This document shows, in pieces, positions 8,054 to 15,022 of a stretch of DNA of 45,217 nt. The stretch comes from Opitutia bacterium UBA4654 (GTDB lineage Bacteria; Bacteroidota; Bacteroidia; Bacteroidales; Bacteroidaceae): NCBI GenBank assembly GCA_963658045.1, contig CAVKOT010000001.1, positions 1-45,217 of the forward strand, read 5' to 3'. Numbering within the stretch: position 1 is the stretch's first letter; each line of letters opens with the position of its first letter. Made by a program: the position numbers and the translations under genes. The notes below the pieces were generated by a model, which was not told where the DNA came from, did no database searches, and worked only from the letters and a program-made list of their open reading frames with translations.

Positions 8054-10273
8054 ATGCCACTCCTAATGCCAGCATTCCCCTTCTGCCCACAGCATGACAG
8101 CATGCAGTGTGGGGCTGCCTGCCTGCAGATGCTGTGCCTGTACTATGGCAGGCGATATACGCTGGAGTACCTGAGTAACGCCTGCGCAGCAACCAGCGAG
8201 GGGGTCTCCCTCTATGGGTTGATGTCAGTGGCAGGACAGTTAGGCTTTGACACCCGGTGTGTGAAAGCGACGCTGGAAGAGGTGTCCCAGGCCACACTAC
8301 CCTGTATCCTGCACTGGAACCAAAATCACTTTGTGGTCCTGTACAGAATCAAGAAAGGCCACAAGTTCTACATCGCCGACCCTGGCAAGGGACTTATGAC
8401 CTACGACACCGAGGACTTTCTGAGCCATTGGGCCAGCATCCCGAACGTTGACAGACAGGAGTCCAGAGGCATCGCCATGCTGTTGCTACCCACCCGGGAT
8501 TTCTACAGCCAGGCAGAAGGACAAGGCAAGGCAGGGGGTGAGACACACTCCTTCCGCTTCCTGTTTGGATACATACACCGGTACAGAGGCTATTTCGGAC
8601 ATATTGCCCTGGGGCTGACCGTTGGCATAGGCATACAGTTGGCCTTGCCACTTCTCACCCAGTCCATTGTGGACGTGGGCATCAAGAACCAGGACATAGG
8701 TTTTGTCTGGCTAATCCTGCTGGGGCAGTTTGTACTCACCCTCAGTGGCACCATCTTCGACTTCATACGTCGCTGGCTCCTGCTGCACATCAGCCTGCGC
8801 ATCGACCTCTCGCTGGTGAGTGACTTCTTCATCAAGTTGCTCAGTCTGCCCATGCCTTTCTTCGACACCAAGCAGATGGGTGATCTGATACAGCGTATGG
8901 GTGACCATGACCGCGTGAATAACTTCCTCACCCAGCAAACCCTAAGCATCACCTTCTCAGCACTCACATTCTCGGTATTCTCGTCACTGCTGCTCTACTA
9001 TAGCGGCATGGTGTTCCTCATATTCCTGCTGGGCAGCATCCTCTATGCCTGCTGGATGACCCTCTTCATGCACCGGCGCAAAGTGCTGGACTATGAGTTT
9101 TTTGAGAAGCAGGCCGTATGCAGCAACAAGACCTATGAACTCATCACCTCCATGCAGGAGATAAAGCTCCAGGGCGGAGAAAACCAGCATCGCTGGGACT
9201 GGGAAGACACCCGGGTCGAACTCTCGACAGTGCAGACCAAGTCGCTGAAACTGCAACAGACACAGGAGGCGGGCAACGTCTTCATCAATGAGGTGAAGAA
9301 CATGCTACTCACAGTGGTGGCCGCCACAGCGGTAATCAACGGCCACATGACCCTGGGCATGATGCTGGCAGTGCAATATATCATAGGACAACTGAATGCT
9401 CCCGTGGAACAACTGATGTCCTTCCTGTATTCTGTCCAGGATGTCAGCATCAGCCTGGAACGCATCAACGAGATTCACCGCATGGACGGCGAGGACAGTG
9501 AACAGGGGTTGCAAACGTCTGTGGCCGACGAAAGCCAGGGCATCACGCTGCAAAATGTGTCATTCAGGTATGACAAGTTTGCACAGCACGACATCATTGA
9601 CCAGGTGAGCATCCACATCCCCAAAGGCAAGGTGACTGCCATTGTGGGGGCGTCGGGAAGCGGGAAAAGCACGCTGGTAAAGCTCATGCTGGGCTACTAC
9701 CCCACCAGGGAGGGCACGATAAGCATAGGCGGAACAGACATCAGACAGCTCAACAAGGAGTGGTGGCGGCACCAGTGCGGGGTAGTCATGCAGGATGGTG
9801 CCATCTTCTCTGACACCATAGCCAGGAATATTGCCGTGGGAGAGGGAGAGATTGACAGGCAGCGACTGATGGAGGTCACCGAGATGGCCTGCATCAAAGA
9901 GCATATTGTGTCACTGCCACTGAAGTTTGGCACAAAGATAGGGCGTGACGGAATGGGGCTCAGCCAGGGACAGCGGCAGCGCATTCTCATCGCCCGCGCT
10001 GCCTATCATAACCCCCAATACATCTTCCTTGACGAGGCCACTAACTCGCTCGATGCCAACAACGAGCGCAGGATAGTAGAGAACCTGGACACCTTCTATA
10101 AGGGGAAGACGGTGGTCATCGTGGCTCACCGCCTAAGCACCGTAAGGAACGCCGACCAAATAATCGTGCTTGAGCAAGGCAGAGTGGCCGAGGCCGGCAC
10201 GCACAAGGAGCTCACCCAAAAGCGTGGAGCATACTATCAACTGGTAAAGAACCAACTGGAACTGGGCAACTGA
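8054..10273 (+). CDS. Peptidase C39 domain-containing ABC transporter (double-glycine leader peptide processing/export)
   Basis: 739 aa. The N-terminus FPFCPQHDSMQCGAACLQMLCLYYGRRYTLEYL carries the C39 catalytic Cys context. Six TM segments follow. Walker A is GASGSGKST, the ABC signature is LSQGQRQR and Walker B is IFLDEATN. Confidence 0.92.
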   Translation: MPLLMPAFPFCPQHDSMQCGAACLQMLCLYYGRRYTLEYLSNACAATSEGVSLYGLMSVAGQLGFDTRCVKATLEEVSQATLPCILHWNQNHFVVLYRIKKGHKFYIADPGKGLMTYDTEDFLSHWASIPNVDRQESRGIAMLLLPTRDFYSQAEGQGKAGGETHSFRFLFGYIHRYRGYFGHIALGLTVGIGIQLALPLLTQSIVDVGIKNQDIGFVWLILLGQFVLTLSGTIFDFIRRWLLLHISLRIDLSLVSDFFIKLLSLPMPFFDTKQMGDLIQRMGDHDRVNNFLTQQTLSITFSALTFSVFSSLLLYYSGMVFLIFLLGSILYACWMTLFMHRRKVLDYEFFEKQAVCSNKTYELITSMQEIKLQGGENQHRWDWEDTRVELSTVQTKSLKLQQTQEAGNVFINEVKNMLLTVVAATAVINGHMTLGMMLAVQYIIGQLNAPVEQLMSFLYSVQDVSISLERINEIHRMDGEDSEQGLQTSVADESQGITLQNVSFRYDKFAQHDIIDQVSIHIPKGKVTAIVGASGSGKSTLVKLMLGYYPTREGTISIGGTDIRQLNKEWWRHQCGVVMQDGAIFSDTIARNIAVGEGEIDRQRLMEVTEMACIKEHIVSLPLKFGTKIGRDGMGLSQGQRQRILIARAAYHNPQYIFLDEATNSLDANNERRIVENLDTFYKGKTVVIVAHRLSTVRNADQIIVLEQGRVAEAGTHKELTQKRGAYYQLVKNQLELGN

Positions 10274-10274
10274 C

Positions 10275-10451
10275 ATGAACAGAGAAACACATCCAAGAGA
10301 GGGGCAGGATAACCTGGACTTGCGCAGCGAGAAGGCCCGCCGCTTTATCAGACAGAAGCCCTCCCGCCTGGTGCTCATGGGCACCTGGGCCATGACATTG
10401 GTCATCCTGGCACTGTCGCTGGCCTTCTATGCCATGCGCTTCAGGCTGTGA
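10275..10451 (+). pseudogene. 58-codon ORF resembling only the N-terminal TM anchor of a HlyD-family periplasmic adaptor (probable truncated remnant)
   Basis: The ATG is 1 nt after the ABC stop. The translation is MNRETHPREGQDNLDLRSEKARRFIRQKPSRLVLMGTWAMTLVILALSLAFYAMRFRL. The motif L-x-LRSE...P...G followed by a single TM helix matches the start of Bacteroidota HlyD adaptors as I recall them. The ORF then stops, 42 nt before the convergent xth gene. Confidence 0.45.
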
Positions 10452-10493
10452 GCCAGGAGGAAAGCATGCCTGCCCGATTGAACTGGCATCCCC

Positions 10494-11246
10494 TTACTCC
10501 AGCACCAGCTCCACAGGGCAGTGGTCGCTGCCCATGACATCCGTCAGGATGTTGGCCTCACGCACCCGGGGAAGCATGCGCTGCGAGACGAGGAAGTAGT
10601 CGATGCGCCAGCCAGTGTTCTTCTCGCGGGCATGGAAGCGGTAGCTCCACCAGGAGTAGATGCCCTCCTGGGTGGGATGCAGGTGACGGAAGGTGTCGGC
10701 GAAGCCCGCCTCCAGCAGCGTGGTCATCTTGGCACGCTCCTCGTCGGTGAAGCCTGCGTTCTGGCGGTTGGTCTTGGGATTCTTGAGGTCAATCTCCTCA
10801 TGTGCCACATTCATGTCACCACACACCACCACGGGCTTTTTCCTGTCCAGGGCCATGAGGTAGGCCCGGAAGTCATCCTCCCAGCGCATGCGGTAGTCCA
10901 GCCGGCGCAGTCCGTCCTGGCTGTTGGGGGTATAGACACACACGAGGTGGAAGTCCTCCATCTCCAGCGTGATGACCCTGCCCTCATGGTCATGCTCGTC
11001 GATGCCCATGCCATAGGTGACAGCGATGGGCTCAAGGCGGCTGTAGATGGCCGTCCCGCTGTAGCCCTTCCGGTCGGCATAGTTCCACCAGGAGTGGTAG
11101 CCAGGGAACTCCAGGTCAAGTTGCCCCGCCTGCATCTTGGTCTCCTGCAGGCAGAAGAAGTCAGCGTCAAGCGACTGGAAGACTTCACGGAAGTTCTTCC
11201 CCACCACGGCCCGCAGGCCATTCACATTCCAACTTATCAGTTTCAT
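10494..11246 (-). CDS. xth: Exodeoxyribonuclease III
   Basis: 250 aa. [33 protein letters not shown] and SDHCPV are hallmarks of the EEP-family Xth/APE1 nucleases. Confidence 0.95.
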   Translation of the reverse strand: MKLISWNVNGLRAVVGKNFREVFQSLDADFFCLQETKMQAGQLDLEFPGYHSWWNYADRKGYSGTAIYSRLEPIAVTYGMGIDEHDHEGRVITLEMEDFHLVCVYTPNSQDGLRRLDYRMRWEDDFRAYLMALDRKKPVVVCGDMNVAHEEIDLKNPKTNRQNAGFTDEERAKMTTLLEAGFADTFRHLHPTQEGIYSWWSYRFHAREKNTGWRIDYFLVSQRMLPRVREANILTDVMGSDHCPVELVLE

Positions 11247-11252
11247 GTTTCC

Positions 11253-11404
11253 TTGAGGTTTTGAGGTTATAAGGTTTTGAGGTTATAAGGTTGTATGCTT
11301 CCTGGTCTTCGGACTTTCGCCCATACAGCTGTACGAGTCACAGCCATAGGGCTCCTTTCCCCAAAAGACCTAAAAACCTCACAACCCTAAAACCTCATAA
11401 CCTT
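11253..11404 (-). repeat. Leader cassette of xth: (AGGTTnnn)x4 - 80-nt spacer - (AACCTnnn)x5 - ATG (read on the minus strand)
   Basis: On the plus strand there are 8-bp-period units TTGAGGTT TTGAGGTT ATAAGGTT TTGAGGTT ATAAGGTT (11253-11292) and AAAACCTC ACAACCCT AAAACCTC ATAACCTT (11373-11404). On the minus strand the AACCT array ends 6 nt before the xth ATG. Confidence 0.7.
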
Positions 11405-11408
11405 AGTA

Positions 11409-11416
11409 CAAAGATA
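11409..11416 (-). promoter_or_regulatory. Bacteroidota -7 promoter box (TATCTTTG on the minus strand) for xth
   Basis: The plus strand reads CAAAGATA. It sits immediately upstream of the repeat cassette, so the whole cassette would be 5' UTR. Confidence 0.45.
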
Positions 11417-11555
11417 GCCATTCCTGCCGACCTGGCAAAGTTCTGGGCCCGGCACAATGACTTTTCGGTGCAATCACTTTGCCAGGAGCACAAGTTTTCC
11501 TACCTTCGCACAGATTTGCGGTGCTGTCACCCTTGGACAGGTGAGGGCACGCTGA

Positions 11556-12503
11556 ATGCCACTAAGACAAGGACTCATGAACATCATACTGAAACTGCTG
11601 CGCGCACTCGCCGACCTGCCATCGAGCATGAGGCGCACCCCACACCCACGCCTCATCATGACCCTGCTGGTGAAGAACGAGGCCGACGTGCTGGAGCAGA
11701 ACATCCTCTTCCACAAGGCCATGGGCGTGGACGGGTTCATCATCACCGACAATGCGTCCACCGACTCCACCCCCGCCATCATCGAGAAATATGTGCGGCG
11801 GGGATGGGTGCTGGAGAGCATCCACGAGCCTGCCAGCGGATATGAGCAGAAGAGGTGGGTGGACCGCATGGTGTGGATGGCCAAGACGCGCTACCGGGCC
11901 GACTGGGTCATCAATGCCGATGCCGATGAGTTCTGGTTCCCAGCCACTGGCAACCTGAAGTCAGAGCCCTCGGTGACGCATGCCAATGTGCTGGCCGCCG
12001 AGGTGCGGAACGTCTGTCCCGAGGAGGGGAAGCCCTACCAGGAATGGACATGCACCATACGCGAGGTGCCCGACCTGCAGGAATATGGCCTCTCACCCTA
12101 CAGTATCTTCTCACGGCATTACAAGAAGGTGATGCACCGCACGGATGGCTACCTGCAAATCTCCATGGGCAACCACAAGGTGACGATGCTGCCACACCGC
12201 GAGAGGCGCAGCGGGATTGTGGTCTATCACTACCCCATGCGTGGACGCGAGCACTTCATGCACAAGATGATAAACGGTGGAAAGCAACTGGAGACCCACC
12301 GGGGAAAGCATGGCGGGCGGCACTGGCGCTACTTCTATGCGCTCTACCAGGAGGGCAGGCTCAGCGAGGAGTATGACCGGGTGGTGGGGCTGAACTGCCG
12401 CCAGCGTCTCCTGAGGGACGGCTACATTGTGAGGGACAATCGGCTGGGACGGCTCTTTGCCCCACAGACAGCCTCTGACATCCCAGGAGCAGACAGGCCG
12501 TAA
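11556..12503 (+). CDS. Glycosyltransferase family 2-like protein (alternative start at 11577)
   Basis: 315 aa. LIMTLLVKNEADVLEQNILFHKAMGVDGFIITDNASTDSTPAIIEKY followed by ADADEFW is a GT-A/GT2-like (Glyco_tranf_2_4-type) signature. Confidence 0.7.
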   Translation: MPLRQGLMNIILKLLRALADLPSSMRRTPHPRLIMTLLVKNEADVLEQNILFHKAMGVDGFIITDNASTDSTPAIIEKYVRRGWVLESIHEPASGYEQKRWVDRMVWMAKTRYRADWVINADADEFWFPATGNLKSEPSVTHANVLAAEVRNVCPEEGKPYQEWTCTIREVPDLQEYGLSPYSIFSRHYKKVMHRTDGYLQISMGNHKVTMLPHRERRSGIVVYHYPMRGREHFMHKMINGGKQLETHRGKHGGRHWRYFYALYQEGRLSEEYDRVVGLNCRQRLLRDGYIVRDNRLGRLFAPQTASDIPGADRP

Positions 12504-12918
12504 CGACACGCCCACTCCTTTCGACATTGAGCGGCATTTCCCCATAGCATTTCTATATGTGGCATCAAGGCCAGGAAGGACTGAGTTGGAAGGAATAGTT
12601 GGGAGCGACAAGCGGATGGGATAAGACAGCCCAGCGAGCACGAGGAAGAGTTTTTGCCGAAGGCAGGTTTTTGTTCTGCTGGCTCCTGGCACGAAGCGTC
12701 AGGGGGATGGACGGGAGGGACTTCAGAGCCAGCCAAGGTGTTTTCCCTGTTTTGGTCAAGGAGCCCCGGAAAAAAGGCAGTAATACTGCGATGGCCAAGC
12801 AAGCGCCTTGCGAGACCCAAGTAAGTACTACTGCGACGGCAAAGTAAGCACCTTGCGTTTGATTTCCTAAAAGATTTCAATTTCCAGCACTTGCCTTTGC
12901 CATATCGGGGGAAACATG

Positions 12919-12926
12919 TAACTTTG
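12919..12926 (+). promoter_or_regulatory. Bacteroidota -7 promoter box (TAACTTTG) for the etfBA-acd operon
   Basis: TAnnTTTG match 56 nt upstream of the etfB ATG. Confidence 0.5.
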
Positions 12927-12981
12927 CACGGTTTTACCATAAATGTGCAATTCATTACATACATCATATAATATATAAAGT

Positions 12982-13869
12982 ATGAGCTTAAAGATTGTAG
13001 TACTTGCCAAGCAAGTGCCCGACACGCGCAACGTGGGTCCCGATGCCATGACTCCTGAAGGCACCGTGAACCGCAGCGCACTGCCTGCCATCTTCAATCC
13101 CGAGGATTTGAACGCGCTGGAGCAGGCCCTCAGACTGAAAGACCAGAACCCCGGAACCACAGTGACTGTCATCACCATGGGCCCCGGACGCGCAGCAGAA
13201 GTCATCCGCGAGGCCATGTACCGTGGTGCCGACGATGGCTACCTGCTTACTGACCGTGCCTTTGCCGGTGCCGACACGCTGGCCACCAGTTATGCCCTGG
13301 CCACTGCCATCAAGCATGTGCAGCCCGATGTGGACCTCATCATCGGCGGCCGACAGGCCATCGACGGCGACACAGCACAGGTGGGCCCCCAGGTGGCAGA
13401 GAAGCTGGGACTGAACCAGATTACCTACACCGAGGAGATTCTCGCCTGTGAGAACGGGACCATACGCGTGAAGCGTCACATCGATGGTGGCGTGGAGACG
13501 GTGGAGAGTGCCCTCCCCTGCGTGCTCACGGTGAACGGGAGCGCGGCTCCCTGTCGCCCACGCAACGTGAAGCGGGTGATGAAGTACAAGCGTGCCAAGG
13601 CTCCCATGGAACTGCCACAGGGCACCACATGGGCCGACCAGCCCTATGCAGCACAGTATGACCAGAAGCCCTACCTGAAACTGGGGCAACTCAACTGTGC
13701 CGACGTGAATGCCGACCTGCAGCAGTGCGGACTGGCAGGATCGCCCACCAAGGTGAAGAACGTGGAGAACATCGTGTTCAAGGCCAAGGAGAGCAAGGTG
13801 CTCACTGGCAGCGACGAGGACATTAACGCACTGGTACAGGAACTCCTGGCCAACCACACTATCGGATAA
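12982..13869 (+). CDS. etfB: Electron transfer flavoprotein subunit beta
   Basis: 295 aa. The N-terminus MSLKIVVLAKQVPDT is the classical EtfB start. It is followed by etfA. Confidence 0.93.
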   Translation: MSLKIVVLAKQVPDTRNVGPDAMTPEGTVNRSALPAIFNPEDLNALEQALRLKDQNPGTTVTVITMGPGRAAEVIREAMYRGADDGYLLTDRAFAGADTLATSYALATAIKHVQPDVDLIIGGRQAIDGDTAQVGPQVAEKLGLNQITYTEEILACENGTIRVKRHIDGGVETVESALPCVLTVNGSAAPCRPRNVKRVMKYKRAKAPMELPQGTTWADQPYAAQYDQKPYLKLGQLNCADVNADLQQCGLAGSPTKVKNVENIVFKAKESKVLTGSDEDINALVQELLANHTIG

Positions 13870-13887
13870 AGAGGAGGAAAGGACACT

Positions 13888-14910
13888 ATGAACAACGTAT
13901 TCGTATATTGCGAGATAGAGGGCACCAAGGTGGCCGAGGTGAGCCAGGAACTGCTCACCAAGGGGCGCAAACTGGCCGACACACTGGGCGTGCAACTGGA
14001 GGCCATAGCCGCAGGAAGCGGTATCACAGGAGAGGTAGAGAAGCAAATCCTGCCCTATGGGGTGGACCGCCTGCACATCTTCGATGCTCCCGGACTGGCT
14101 CCCTACACCTCAAAGCCCCACACGGCTGTGCTGGTGAACCTGTTCAGGCAGGAGCAGCCACAGATATGCCTGATGGGTGCCGATGTGGTGGGACGTGACC
14201 TGGGCCCGCGCGTGAGCTCGGCCCTGCACAGCGGACTGACTGCCGACTGCACAGCCCTGGAGATTGGCCCCCATGATGACAAGAAACTGGGCAAGCACTA
14301 TGACAACCTGCTCTACCAGATTCGTCCTGCCTTTGGCGGCAACATCGTGGCCACCATCGTCAACCCCGAGAACCGCCCCCAGATGGCCACTGTGCGCAGT
14401 GGCGTGATGAAGGCCGAGGTGCTGGACGACAACTACCAGGGCGAGGTCATCATCGAGGATGTGGCCAAGTATGTGCCCGAGGCTGAGTATGTGACCCACG
14501 TGCTGGACCGCCATGTGGAGGCCGCAAAGAACAACCTGAAGGGTGCTCCCATCATCGTGGCCGGCGGCTATGGCGTGGGCTCACGCGAGGGATTTGGCCT
14601 GCTCTACGAACTGGCTCATGTCCTGCATGCCGAGGTGGGCGCAAGCCGTGCGGCTGTGGATGCGGGCTTCTGTGACCATGACCTGCAGATCGGGCAGACG
14701 GGAGTGACCGTGCGCCCCAAGGTATATATCGCCTGTGGCATCAGTGGAGCCATCCAGCATGTGGCCGGCATGAAGGAGAGCGGCATCATCATCAGCATCA
14801 ACAATGACGAGAACGCGCCCATCAACCAGATAGCCGACTATGTCATCAATGGCACGGTGGAGGAAGTGTTGCCCAAACTGATTAAGTATTACAAACAGAA
14901 TAGCAAGTAA
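13888..14910 (+). CDS. etfA: Electron transfer flavoprotein subunit alpha
   Basis: 340 aa. The C-terminal FAD-binding region (IVAGGYGVGS..., QIGQTGVTVRPKVYIACGISGAIQHVAGM) is typical of EtfA. Confidence 0.93.
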   Translation: MNNVFVYCEIEGTKVAEVSQELLTKGRKLADTLGVQLEAIAAGSGITGEVEKQILPYGVDRLHIFDAPGLAPYTSKPHTAVLVNLFRQEQPQICLMGADVVGRDLGPRVSSALHSGLTADCTALEIGPHDDKKLGKHYDNLLYQIRPAFGGNIVATIVNPENRPQMATVRSGVMKAEVLDDNYQGEVIIEDVAKYVPEAEYVTHVLDRHVEAAKNNLKGAPIIVAGGYGVGSREGFGLLYELAHVLHAEVGASRAAVDAGFCDHDLQIGQTGVTVRPKVYIACGISGAIQHVAGMKESGIIISINNDENAPINQIADYVINGTVEEVLPKLIKYYKQNSK

Positions 14911-15015
14911 GGTTTAATACAGGTTATAAGGTTTTTAGGTTATTAGGCCGTGAGGTTTCGCAGGAGACACACGTCCAGAACCTTAAAACCTTAAAACCTC
15001 AGAACCTCAAAACCT
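14910..15015 (+). repeat. Intercistronic cassette (AGGTTnnn)x6 - 21-nt spacer - (AACCTnnn)x5 - ATG upstream of the acyl-CoA dehydrogenase gene
   Basis: AGGTT (one AGGCC variant) occurs at 14910, 14921, 14929, 14937, 14945 and 14953. AACCT occurs at 14979, 14987, 14995, 15003 and 15011, an exact 8-bp period. The array ends 7 nt (15016-15022) before the ATG at 15023. The last two units (AACCTCAAAACCTCAA) are identical to those upstream of xth. Confidence 0.7.
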
Positions 15016-15022
15016 CAAAGAA

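Noticed and set aside
10521-14514. ORFs 10521-11264 (+), 12111-12692 (-), 12422-13081 (-), 12988-14076 (-) and 14110-14514 (-).
   Set aside because: They are antisense to, or overlap, xth, the GT2-like gene and etfB/etfA, or they run through the 12.5-13.0 kb intergenic region with implausible composition. The sense-strand genes have strong family signatures.
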